DNA of 63,995 nucleotides, filler included, from Platydemus manokwari (lineage: Eukaryota): the NCBI GenBank assembly GCA_037951405.1. It is 6 parts of 6 records of this genome, joined end to end, with 100 filler letters (N's around TTAATTAATTAA, not from the genome) between each part and the next. Parts side by side here need not be neighbours in the genome. Positions count along the whole stretch, not along the records: positions 34,266 to 45,330 come from JBBMOY010934419.1; positions 45,431 to 55,392 come from JBBMOY011184655.1; 4 more parts are not named here. One strand, written 5' to 3'. Shown here one piece after another: positions 41,051 to 53,911 of the stretch; within the stretch, counting starts at the first letter, position 1, and each line of letters starts with the position of its first letter. The position numbers and the translations under genes were made by a program. The notes beneath the pieces are model-generated. The model was not told the origin of the DNA. It made no database searches and worked only from the letters and a program-made list of their open reading frames with translations.

Positions 41051-41801
41051 CATAAATAAAATTATCTTATGAAATCAATTTGTTCGAATAAATCATTCTT
41101 AATTTATAGACAACCATTAATTATTTTATTTGAAATTCAAATTAATGAACGTATGGGTTTAAGTTAGGATAATCTCATCAACTAATTTTATATATAATTG
41201 CGATGTTTGATTTATTCGTATAATATAGTTAATATCTAACTTTTTAGATGTCTAATAGGGTTCATATTCTCATCACAGCACATGTTTGTGATTATTTCAG
41301 TTTTTAAATTAAATTTCTTAATTATAAATCGCGTTAATTAACTAAGGGCATGTTTAATAATATTATTGGTTATTTTTATAAAGTAATTGTAAAACTTGAG
41401 ATTATATCTCAATTTGCTTTTAATGTTAAAAAGAGTTCTCGCTAATTTTTAAATTACAATTTGACCTGTTTTGATCTGTTTTTCAAATAATAAAATTTTA
41501 GGAGATTTTGAGGATCTAGTGTATTTAATATTTGATTTTAAGCAACTAAAATTCTTCTTAAGTACTTAAATAAGAAATTCAAAATTATTTTTAATGAATA
41601 TAATTAAATAAACTATATACACTCAACAAGTTAAAAAATTTATCTTAGGACTCCTTTTCTTAACTTTATCCATCGCAATTTTTATTTTAAATAATACATA
41701 AATAAAATTATCTAATGAAATCAATTTGTTCGAATAAAGCATTCTTAATTTATAAACAACAATTAATTATTTTATTTGAAAATCAAATTGATCAACGAAT
41801 G
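41051..41801. repeat. Family B copy 2 (41191-41666) flanked by ~105-bp direct repeats (41051-41155 and 41697-41801)
   Basis: CATAAATAAAATTATCT(T/A)ATGAAATCAATTTGTTCGAATAAA(T/G)CATTCTTAATTTATA... occurs twice, 646 nt apart. Confidence 0.85.
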
Positions 41802-43251
41802 AAAACCATTTTAAAATTTTTTGTATTACTAATCGTAATATGAATTTATTATATACAATTTAATTACATTTCTGTCTTTTTTAATAACGGAAAATATTAC
41901 AAACATTATCGATACCAGAACTGATATTATCATGGATACCATTATTACCATATAAATATTTTCAAAATGTATTTTAAAAAAATACAAAGTTGCTATTTAA
42001 ATTAAAATTTTAATTGATAAAAATAATCGAATAATTAAAAGTGTCCAAAATGATGGGAGAATGTCTAAATTTTTCGTAATATTTTATGAAACCGGAGACA
42101 GTTGAGATCAGTAGGTTAAGAGAAAAGTTGATTTAACAAAAAAACATTCATAGTAATTGGAAAAGTATAAAAAACAAAAGAGCAAGTGTTTTAGACCTAT
42201 GAAGTCATTTCAATTATATTTTAGCCAACCCTCGAAATATTTTATGGTTTAATGCTTGGATATCACATCGTGGTCATTTTTAAAACAATTACAATGTTCT
42301 CAACATATTACCGTTCATGACACTTTGCAATATATTTGTGAGTGAGTTACGAATAATACATTGATTACTACAAAAAACTCGAAACAACTTTAAATAATAT
42401 AGCCATTTGGGTGACAGTTTTAATTATATAATTTTAAAACAAGTATAATATTATATTAATATTATAACTGAAAATAAAAGGAATCTTGGATTATTGTGAT
42501 TGACATTTTATTAATAATGCCTTAGTTTTTAATCGGATATGTAATGTGTTTGCTGTGATGATTGAGAGTTATTCGATATATTTATTATTCATTTTAAATT
42601 GATTTCCGCTTATTCCACAATTGATAAAGGCATTACTTACGCACTTGCAATAAAATTAAAAAGATTTTAATTTTATCAATATATAATTAACTCAAGAATT
42701 TCATGGAGTTAAAATCACCCCATTGTGAACTGTAAAACGTCATTTTATCATCCTTAATTAGACCAGTAATTTCCCATTACAAATCAATGAAGAGTATTAA
42801 TGATTCAACTCAATAATTTATCATCGAAAGAAAATTTTTAAAGAAAGGAGAACTAATTCATCGGATCTAAATTTAGATTTTCATAGAATGGTGAGTATCA
42901 ATCACCCAGTGTGTTGTGAAGTTACTGAAGGACAATCAATGAATAATAAAATGCGTAGGGAAAAATATAATAACCCATAACAAATAGTAATTATGCAAAA
43001 AAGTATGCCCTTGTTTATGTCTTATTTCATTCTGCAATGTGTGATAAGATATGGAATACACTAGTGATAAATATAGCACTTTCGGTACTTGAGCAACACA
43101 GAGAGAATGGTTATTAAATATATCTTTAGACACTACAGTTATTTGACCTTTAAAATGCTGCTGTGTCAAGGCTGACGATTTAAACTGAATTAAAATTTGA
43201 AAAATTTAAAAATAAAATTTTTATAAAATATTAATTGGTTTGAAAAACTGG

Positions 43252-43560
43252 TGTCGTGACTTTACGGTTCGTTTTCAATTCGTACTTTATTAAATAGTGG
43301 CGGCTTTCATGGCGATTACATATTTGCATTCGATTCTGAGAATGTCTATGAAATGGAAATATAAAAGAGGAGGAAGAAAATGAAAATATTTAAAGAAGAT
43401 ATAGCAAAATATGAAATAGATTAGAAATAGAATTTTTTTATAGATAAACATTAAAAGAATTTGATATAAAGATAATTAAGAATTCAGAGAAAATGAAAGA
43501 TTTTAAGGAAAGGAGGATGTGAAGATTTGTAATGAATTGAAATGTGAAACATTTTTAAAT
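43252..43560 (+). repeat. Dispersed repeat family A copy, begins TGTCGTGAC (possible solo LTR)
   Basis: Shares blocks with 3453-3710, 7090-7290 (inverted) and 32490-32670; strongly purine-rich strand. Confidence 0.6.
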
Positions 43561-44579
43561 CAAATTTTTATAAAATAATTATTTGTGGGAATCATTTTTA
43601 TTGAATATAATTTGATTTCGTTTTCAGTTCGTTCTCAATGCGTGCATCATAAAATTGTAGCGACTTACATAGACAATTTTTAGGTTTTACTGAACTAATA
43701 TAGGAAATACCAATGATGACATTCTAATTGTGTGAAAGTTGTAAAACACCAATCACAGTTAGTGATAACAAATGACTCTCAAAGTGTCTACATAATCCAC
43801 GTTAATTTAATTCAAAAGATATAATCAAAACATTAGTGGGTACAAAAATTCTTCACTAAATTTGGGTCATGAATATAATAAATGGGCTAGATCCGAACGT
43901 AAATATACCAAATATTTTGAATGTATATATTTATTTAATCAGAGTCGGTTATTGATATTGCTTGGTTAAAATCATTAATTATAAATTACTGGTTTGACAT
44001 ATGAGGATTTACCTAATGCCGGGACTCCTCCTTTCGAGACTTTTCATTGCTTTAAGAAGTGATATTAAATTTGTCCACCATAATTATTGAAAAATGTTTA
44101 ATAATTAATAAAGCCTTTATTAAAATTTTGAAATTTTTAAAAAATTGATTTGTTCGACAAAAATCACTCCTGGTCAAAAGTGAATCTAATATTACTCCAT
44201 CAATATGTTAGCATTTTATTAAAAATAGAATCGAGTAGTAACTATGTTAATAGAGTAATATCTGGCTCAATTTAAATCAAGATCGACTTTATTCCCGAGC
44301 TATGGATTGATAAATATTCATCTGGAATCAATTGTCTCAGCAAAATAAATGATTTCAAGCGAGACCGGATGTAATAAAGATGAATTAAATATCCTCAAAT
44401 CGATGGCTCGAGCAATATCATCATTTGAATTCCGCTCCGTAAAGCCAGATAATATATGTATATGGACTTGAGTTAATCTCAGTGAGAGAATTATAACTAA
44501 TGAAACTATTTAGCATTATAATGGATAGCTTATTTAAAATATTAGTATAAAAATAATTAATATATTTGATTTTGTTTCC

Positions 44580-45050
44580 CATTGGTTCTACGACAAATCA
44601 CAAAACTGGAATCTTGACATGCTTAATGGATTACAAAATTTAATGGAGAATTTCTCGACCTTCGGCCGGTAATTCGTTCAGATATCACCCCTTATTAACG
44701 GTCGTATGTTACAAGTGAAATCTATCCGGATGGCTGGATAAAGGCAATTGTTTGGAAATTGACCTTCAAATCACTTAAATTGTTAAATATAGCGAGAATT
44801 ATCGTTGTCATGTAAACAATATAGGTCGTCTTGGCAACACAGTGCATTTTCATAGGAAATATATGGATGATATGATAATTTTCAATAGAATATCAGCCAA
44901 TGGGAATTTCGAATAACCGATATAAATATCAAAACATATTGCATTAAAGGTATTAACAGAAATGAAGAATTATACAGCCACAGATTATAGATATTTCGAC
45001 ACACCTCAGATTCGATCATCTTTAATCGTTACATAATCAGAATTATGAAT
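44580..45050 (+). mobile_element. Possible highly decayed Mutator-like (MULE) transposase remnant
   Basis: ENFSTFGR*FVQISPLINGRML weakly resembles DGTF...FxQLxxIHxxING; YCIKGINR...FRH weakly resembles NNxxEGxNR...HP. Many stops. Confidence 0.25.
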
Positions 45051-45330
45051 TATTTAAATCGACATCAAGTAAAAATCAATATCTTCATATTGTTTTATAC
45101 TATGCTTGAATGACCCATAATTCCCATGGATATTGATTTTATGAATATTTTATGTTTGAATTATAATAATGATGTTTTAATTTCAATCTTTTACCAAATC
45201 GATATTTTTATTTATTGTGTTTTAAATAAACCACATTTAATCAATTTGGAATATTTATTTATCGATATATAATGGATCTATTTACCATTTGGACTGAAAT
45301 TCTCAGTAACTACCCCTCAAGCAATATTTT

Positions 45331-45430
45331 NNNNNNNNNNNNNNNNNNNNNNNNNNNNNNNNNNNNNNNNNNNNTTAATTAATTAANNNNNNNNNNNNNN
45401 NNNNNNNNNNNNNNNNNNNNNNNNNNNNNN
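45331..45430. other. Artificial assembly spacer N44-TTAATTAATTAA-N44
   Basis: Same 100-nt structure. Confidence 0.97.
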
Positions 45431-47653
45431 GAATTGTACAAGATTTTCTTTAATAAACACTCAATTGTTCTAAAAAAATTCCGGTTTTTAAGTTATAGAC
45501 CCAATAAATTTTGTTTTTATTTATTATTATGTATTGCGCTTGATTTTATAGTTTACTGATTCTGAAGGGGCTTCAACAACCGGTATTGAAGACCAAGCTG
45601 TTGTAAAATAGTTTAAGTTGAGAATTAAGCGCAGAGGAAACTGAGTCTCTCTGAGCCTGAAAAGTAATAAGATGCGGTTACGAAAACCTCTCTCAATGAT
45701 TATCAACCAAAAATAATAAATTATCTGTTTAAATATGTGATGTTATAAATCTCTCTTGATAAGCTTTTATTTGAATCAATAGACTCAATTTATTATATAG
45801 AAACCGAACACGATGATTGGTTTAAAAAAATTTATTTGAGAAAATTGATTTGAACAGTTATTATGAAAAAGAATACAAAGGTATTGGAATAATATTCCGT
45901 ACCTAGCCTCAGCGATTAACAGGTAATCCGTGCAACGGACGAAGATATTAAATAATGCGGAGGGAGTTATTATAGTTAACACTTCAAATAAAATCAACTA
46001 TAAAGTTAGAATTAATTATCGATGGTTATAATATTATTATAAATGAGCAAGAGTTTAGTGATGATTAACTTTATAAACTATTATTAACAGACACAATAAT
46101 TATTCTAAGTGAGCAATAATGAATAATGAAAATCAAACAATAAGTTAAATAACTCTTTCTATTAGCTGTTGAATAAAAATGTCTCCCAAATAAAAACTCC
46201 AATTCCGATAGATATCCGCGTAGCGTCGTTAAATTTCCAGCAATTAATATTCTTCGTCCGGCCAAAAGTTTCTTCGCTTTAAGATGCTTCTTCGTTTAAT
46301 ACCAAATACTTCTCTTGATAAGTTGAGATAATTCTTCTTTGTTCTATTCTGTCACAACTGAACTCTGGAATTAATGTTATTGTTATGTGGGTATGACCAG
46401 CGCCTGGTCATGTGCATTTTTCTCTAATGGATTTTCATGCTGATTTTTCTCTGTTTCTGGGTTTTTCCTTTTTCACGCACCATATGAGCTAACGATGGTG
46501 GATATCTTTTTGTTGTCTAGTACACTCTCAATTTCTTTACTATCTGAGTGAAGCACCACTATTTATGTTGCAAACATAAAACTTATATAAATCCTAACAG
46601 ACGATTGCAAAAGTTTCATTTTAAACGAAATCGTACCATTTACCATGTACATTGTAGACCTTTAATAATCATTAAAAACACTCGGCACCATACCAGTCGG
46701 CTTCCTATTGACAGTCGTTGCTAACATTTGGCTCTTTTACAATGTTGGGGTTTTATACGATAAGACTAAATGAAATTAAAACGAAATTTTGGTGTTATAA
46801 ACGTATGACAAAATATAACAAACGGATTTAATATAATATTAAGGTAGGTTGCGATTTGGTTCCCAACAGAATCTGTTCCAATCAGATACGTAGAAAGTGT
46901 TCAAATCACTCTCAAGCTATAATAATAATAATAATATTTAAAATATAGATATCGGTAAAATATTAGTCTTCCTGAAAATGTTAAAACCAATTATCAAATA
47001 AACAATTATGATCAAATACTTTTATTAATAAATCAAATTTTAATGTATACTACAAGATAATATTGTGGACGATCAGAACCCTTCAGTAGTACAATCAGAT
47101 GTGCCTAACTAATGGGCAAGACACTCCTGTAGATAAAAAAGAAGGAGGGAGATATAAGATTGAACTTAAATAAGTTTAAAACAACCACACAGCTATCGAA
47201 ATAGCTGTGGGCGCGTAATAAAAATATAAAATTTTACTCATCATGATTTCGGGATATAAATAGTTGAATTTGAAATTAAATGTTCGTGTATATGCTTCTT
47301 GTAAATGATACTCCACGGGATTGGCCGAATAATTCTTCAAATAAAATTGGCTAATCAAAATGCTCTGTAAATAAATGATTTGAAAAATTTGCTTCGTCAA
47401 AAGTCTTCGTAAATGATAGTAAGATTGATGCGCTGGGATTTCTTGCCAATAATAATTACTTCATCTGAGAAAAAGTTTCGCTGAATTAATAGCTAATGAT
47501 CGTAAAATAGAGTTCGAGTATGATAAAGTGCAATCAAAATGAATTTGCTTGCTCTTATATACTGATTTTGTAAGTCGCATGCGTCATATATGTGTGTTTA
47601 TTTTTTGTTCTCTTTTGTTTCTATATTTAGAAACTCTCTAGACGTCATGCCTA

Positions 47654-47741
47654 AATTTAGCAATAGCGTACTGTTTTTAGCTACTTGAGTTGCTAAATTG
47701 ACTTACACTATTTTTAGCAATGACGTAGTTGCTAAAAATAG
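47654..47741. repeat. Cluster of TTAGCAA/TTGCTAA inverted repeats including a perfect 13-bp stem hairpin
   Basis: CTATTTTTAGCAA-tgacgtag-TTGCTAAAAATAG (47708-47741) plus AATTTAGCAA...TTGCTAAATT (47654-47699). Confidence 0.75.
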
Positions 47742-50639
47742 ATTTTGCGATTATTTTCTTGCTTTGACCTTGATTTTTTTAAGCAAAAGAATTTGTTGCG
47801 GATAAACAAAATGTTTGTTTTATTTATTTTTAAAGTAATTTTTTGTAAAAATTTTAATTCTTTATATTTTCCAAATTCTGTTTATTCTTATATATATATG
47901 TATATATTTTATATTTTAATGTCTCGGGTAGAGTCGGATTCCACAATTTTTGAGTTTTCTTCCATTGAAGATTTCCATTAATTTTAAAATTATAGTTGTT
48001 AACAAAATACGTTATACATTGAATACAGTATACAATCAAGGAAAGATTAGAGAAATTAAAGTATCATAAGGCAAAGATTATAGACAAGTTTTATAATCAT
48101 AAATGTTATAGATAATGTAAGTTTTTATAGATATCCAAGGTGACATTCCTCGTCCATATCTACTCTGTTATGCATATCCCACCATCTCGAGTTTTTCGTT
48201 CTTGGATCTTCTAGAATCATCCGTTCTGTTTTTTTTGTTTCTTTCGGCTCTCTCCGGTCAAATTTTTCGGGCTTATCCACACGATAAGCCGTTCTATCTC
48301 AATCTCCATTCTCGTCTAGTATTATCTTCTCATTGTTCGAGGTTCTTGGGGCATTGGAAGCACATCTATAATATAACAAAATAAAGGTTTAATAAAGTCA
48401 AATAAAATGTAAACTCACATAAAATTGCGATGTGCATCACATAAAGTCATAATATGTTACTCATCGATTTTGACTATTCAATTTGTGACTTTTGAGAATT
48501 GGAATTAAAGTATTTGAGGATTCACGTTAGTTTGAGAATTGTTGCAGTTGCTGATATTGAGGAAATCTTGAGGATTAAGAAGATTAGGGTCTAGATATTA
48601 GTTTCTGAAAATCTGATTATCGTAAGTAAAATTGAGATTGTTGATTATTGCTAACGCGCCACAGTAGACTAAAGAACACCTGTTTATTGTTTTATCTAAT
48701 TAACTAATATTTAATTTCTTATTGTTGTCTAAATTTAAAATATTATTTGTATCTTTTATAACATTAATTATACTTAATTAAACAGTATTCGTTACTTTAT
48801 TTGGAGTCAATATATAATTATGTAGTTAAGTTTACAACTGCTCTAATTTAACTCCTAGTCTAATTTTCTTACACTTAATGAAAACAAATACGCTTTTCAT
48901 ATTAAGTTATGTTGTAATTATATTTTACACCAAATATCAATGTTACAAGAACAGAGTACCCAATAAAGTTAAGTTAATAAAACAAGGACCAAGTCTCGTT
49001 ACGTTTCGGAATAATTTAGTTTATAATCAACTGCTATCTAATATGACACTGCTACACAATATTTAAAGAATTAGTTCTCTGCTAATGCAATGATATATCA
49101 AGAAAATATTCTACTCCCACAACTACACTTCTTGAAGGGTTAACAAACTTTAATAATAATTGTATTACTTATCACCAAATTCTTTTTGAATGGCGAAAAT
49201 AATTAAGTATCTCGCTCTTTATATACTTACCTTGACCATGCACATTCCTTCTGTACGCATTCTGTCATTCAAACTTATTCCAGTGTGAACGCACTGTTCA
49301 TTTGCTTCAGTTACCGGAAATAACTGACAACTGTCATTTTAAACTTTAAATTTCCAATCTTTATAATTTATGTTCTAGCTTATTGAATCTCGTCTTAAAA
49401 ATACCTTACCTGCATTTATAATTAATTTTTAGTTTTTAAAATTTATTATCTGATTTTATTTTACTATGTACTCTCATTCACTGTACAGCAAATTTGTAAC
49501 TTCATTTACCTTTACGCTCATCATATTAAAAAAATACATTTTAGAGTATTATAAAATCTAAAATTTCGAATTATCATATTTTTATAAAACCCATAAAACA
49601 CTAGCAGATTACCATATCTGTCATTATAATCTTTATGTCGAGTATTTTAATTGAATAAAAATATGATTATATGACCCGTTATATCTAGAAGAGACTTATA
49701 TAGTGCTTATCCTGGAACTTGCTTCTATCATACAATTTTCATAAAATCAAAATTTTGTAAAAATAAGGCATTTATTTTATATATAGGCCATTCCAATAAT
49801 AAATTTATGAAAACAATTGAGGTATTTCGATAATCGCACATCTCTCATATATTTCGTTCCCATGCAATTTATGGAACCCTTTCTGATTTAAAGACACTTC
49901 TTTATTTCATCTGTCTTAGTTGAAAAAAAGGATTATTAGATCAAGGAAAAAAGTCATATATCATTTGACATGCAAAAAGCAATCGAATTCTGGTTATATT
50001 ATTTAAGTCTATATCGTTTAAAAAGCTGAATATTTATTCGATTTATGTGAGAATTCAGAAAAATTGTTTCAATGGCTGAGATAAATTGTTGTTTTGATCA
50101 AAATTCAGAGCTTGGGTGAAAGAACTAGAAGACTAATACACTGAAACAATTAGATTTATTTGATTTAATGAAAACTGAATTTATTTTAAAACATTATTAA
50201 CATTAAGCCATTTGTTATTTTTAAATAATTAAATCATGGATTTACAACTTTGACAAACAAATAATATATTCTCTAAACTACTTTAGAATAAACAACTAAG
50301 TAAAACATTATATATACTTTACTAAACGAAATATTTATAAATAAATTTGTCAAAATTATATGCTAAGTAAGGTATTTTTAAACAACTCTAAAATTAAGAT
50401 CTTGTTTATATTATTCATTAAAGTTAATTATTGAGATATTTTTTAAGTTTTTCGTCATTCCGAATAATATATAAATTTTATTTATTTAAAGTAATCGATT
50501 TATATTAATATTATTAATAATGTAAGTAAAATTATTTAATTAAATTATTGATATTAATTATAATTACTTATATTTCATAAGGTCACATATTTGTGCTAAC
50601 TTATAAGTAATTTTGCACATTAAATTGTAGAAAATTGAT

Positions 50640-51998
50640 ATGTCAAATCAGAGTATATCGCCTAGTGAATTTCAGAGAATTCAAGATCAGTTAATTTCTT
50701 TGAAAGAAGCAAAATATAAATCCGAAGAGAAATGCGAATATCTAATCCGAAATATATCCCAATTAGAATCCAAATGTGCGATGCTCGAAAGAGAATTATC
50801 CAAAGCTAATGATTTGAAGAACAAATTTAAATCTGCCAAAGATATGGACATGTTAATGAATGAAAACCAGATTCTTCGTGATAGATTGAGCACAATTGAA
50901 GCGAATTTCAAATTACAAAATGATGTCATAAGAGTAGAATGTGAACATTTATTTTCCGAGAATGAACGTCTCAAATCACAAATGGAAACTTATAAAGACG
51001 GTAAAAAATCCGATATTAAATCAAATCACGTTGATGATGAAGATACAATGGATTCAGCTTCGTATCAAGACCATCAGTATAAGATACGTTATCTCCAGCA
51101 CGAAGTCACGAAATTGTTAGAAGAAAAAACGGAAATCGAAAATGAAAATAAACTAATAAAAAACGATTTGCAAGTGCTCAAACTATCCGAAGAGGAATTG
51201 GCGTCAAGAATCAATTGTCTATTGAATGAAAAGTCCAAGCTCACAGCACAATGCCATGCAATGAAAGATGAGCTCCAATTGAATAATTCAAATCATTCTA
51301 TTGCCATTGAGAATGCCAATCTTCAATTCGAAAAACAGATCCAGCTCAAGGACAAAGAATACGAAGAAAAATCAGAGAATTTGAAAAGCGAATTAAATAG
51401 CGAGTTTCTCGTCAAACATCAATTGACATGTAGCGATTATGAGAAGCGAATAAATGAATTGGTAAATGATTGCTATGAAAAGGAAATTCAGTTATCGGAA
51501 GCGATTGACAAATTAACAAAAGAAAACGAATCGATAAAGATCGAAAGCCACGAGAAGATCACGGAAATGGAAATGAATTTTGAGAAATTGTTTAGTGAGA
51601 AAGAATCTGAAATGCAGACAATGGAAGCAAAATATCATGCTGATATCGAAGAACTAGAAAGCGCCAACAAAAAACTACAAGCCAATCTTGAATTTACACA
51701 AGAAGAACTGAAGGTTTCGATGAGAAAAAATCAGAAAATATTGAAAGATATGAAAAAACAATTGGAGAAAGAAGTGAAAATTAGCCAGGAAAGCCAGTCG
51801 AAATTGGAGGAAGCTGTGTCTAGCGGTTCGCAAAATAGTCAAACGAAAATCAGCGAATATCTCGTCGGTGTGAATTATCATCGCATGTCAAATGCTGACG
51901 ATCAAAGCTCGCTTTATTCTTCCTCAAATAATGGATTGATTTTGGATATCCAAGGCTCTCCTTCGAATAGCATTTCAATGACAGATGAGGAATTAAAG
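50640..51998 (+). CDS. GRIPAP1: GRIP1-associated protein 1 (GRASP-1) homologue, large first coding exon (453 codons, partial gene), coiled-coil
   Basis: N-terminus ISPSEFQRIQDQLISLK...LERELSKA...LMNENQILRDRLSTIEANFKLQN resembles human LSEEEFQRMQAQLLELR...LDKEFSKA...[23 protein letters not shown] (recalled). Internal LKDMKKQLEKE resembles LKDLKRQLHLE. Probable donor AAG|GTGATT at 51998/51999; conserved C-terminal exons not found before the next spacer. Confidence 0.85.
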
Positions 51999-52050
51999 GT
52001 GATTTCTTAGATTTTGCAATCTTTGATTAACTTTGTCGTTATTTGTTGTT

Positions 52051-52560
52051 GATATGATCGATATCGATGAGGGACAGTATCGCGGGTATTGCAGTTATTG
52101 GGTATTGGGGGGCATCGGTATTGTATGGGTATGTGATCAATATAGATGAGGGATATTAGCGCGGGTGTTGCAATTATTGGGTATTGGGGGGCATCGGTAT
52201 TGTATGAATGATTTGTTCAATATGTGATCAATATCGATTAGGGACAGTTTCACGAGTATTGCAGTTGTTGGGTATTGGGGGCATCGATATTGTATTGGTA
52301 TGTGATCAATATAGATGAGGGACAGTATCGCGGATGTTGCAGTTATTGGATATTGGGGGGCCATCGATATTTTATGGATGATTTGTTCGATATGTGATCA
52401 ATATCGATGAGGGTCAGTATCAAGGGTATTGCAGTTATTGAGTATTGGGAGGGCAACTGTATTCTATGGATGATTTGCTCGATATGTGATCAATATCGAC
52501 AGTATCACGGATATTGCAGTTAATGAGTATTGGGAGCCAATCAGTATTGTATAAATGATT
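52051..52560. repeat. Minisatellite, 6 units of ~78 or ~91 nt with G-runs
   Basis: Consensus about TATGTGATCAATATCGATGAGGGACAGTATCGCGGGTATTGCAGTTATTGGGTATTGGGGGGCATCGGTATTGTATG(+GATGATTTGTTC). Units start near 52051, 52129, 52219, 52297, 52389 and 52481. Confidence 0.95.
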
Positions 52561-53860
52561 TCTTTGTTGTTTTAATCATTGATGCGTTATATGTATGCCA
52601 TTGACATAAATTATCCAATATGCAATCCTTTTAATGATAAATACGGATATTATTGATTTTCTTTAATTTCCTGGATATCGTTAGTATCATGAGTGTCCGA
52701 TTTATAAGCATTTACTGATTAAATAATTGATAATTCAAACAACCAGGTTTCATATTCTTCACTACTCTCCATTATCAAATAGGAACCTGAATCTATCATT
52801 TAATTACTCGATCATTGGTGGATTCAAACCAATCCCCTCTTCATTCAACTTCGATATCAGTTACAGTGTGGCTGTGGGTATGGCTTGTGATTGCATTTTG
52901 GTCCCATATCAGCATGTTCTTCACAATCAATATTGTAGTCATTATTTGATTTGCATCATTTGATTGGTCATTAATTAATCGTTTATATTTCGAGTTTCAT
53001 TGTTAATGTTTGGTGTGGAAGTATTTTTATCTACCGACAGTGTAAGCGTTACAAAATTCTGACAAATAATTTAAACAATTTTTTATACATAAAACATATA
53101 TTCATATTAAATCTATCAATGATTAAAAATAACTTTATATATTTCATTGAATATTGTGTATCAAATATATTTCTTGGGTTGAACTACTTAAATTCGTTTT
53201 GAATTTGTATCTAATAAAATAACAGCAATTTACAATGAGTTTTGTGATTGTTATTGAATTTTTGGGTCAAGTGATTCTCATTTATGTAATCACTATAAAT
53301 GGCTGTTGTCGAGTATTACATCATCATGTGAATATTTTTTATTCAAATACTAAATATCATTGAATTAATGAATATCACACTGTTTCATGATTTTATAAAT
53401 GATGATTTCGACATTTGGATCATGTAAATATCAACAGTATTATATGGATACAATGGCTATCACTGATCTCATTTGAATCGTGATCATCGCTATGTTTGAG
53501 ATTATAAAGGTATATTAATTGAACCATTGACAATGCCAACACGAGTACACCGTTAGAACTATTTCATAATCATTTCCACTTATCAGTATCGGACAGAATC
53601 CAATTTATGATTTAATAATTTGCTAGTAACTACAGCTACTTCACTAACATTCATTATCACTCATTAGATACCGTACCCATCCAAATTATTATTATCCTGA
53701 ATATCATGAATATTGTCAATATTATTTTATATCAGTATCGTGAATCCGCTATCAATAATATTGACAATAAATATGTTACTCTCTCCGATTATTATTGATT
53801 ATTTCATTCTAATAAATATATATCCTATCATCATCATCATTTATTTTATAAAATGCATGC

Positions 53861-53861
<1 letters not shown>

Positions 53862-53910
<49 letters not shown>
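53862..53910. repeat. (TAT)n microsatellite
   Basis: Directly visible. Confidence 0.95.

Positions 53911-53911
<1 letters not shown>

Noticed and set aside
50687-51881. Minus-strand ORFs 50687-50974 and 51675-51881
   Set aside because: Antisense shadows of the GRIPAP1 exon.
52051-52560. CRISPR-like array / ORF 52137-52364
   Set aside because: Units are similar along their whole length with no unique spacers, no cas genes are present and the context is eukaryotic. The ORF is just the repeat read on the minus strand.
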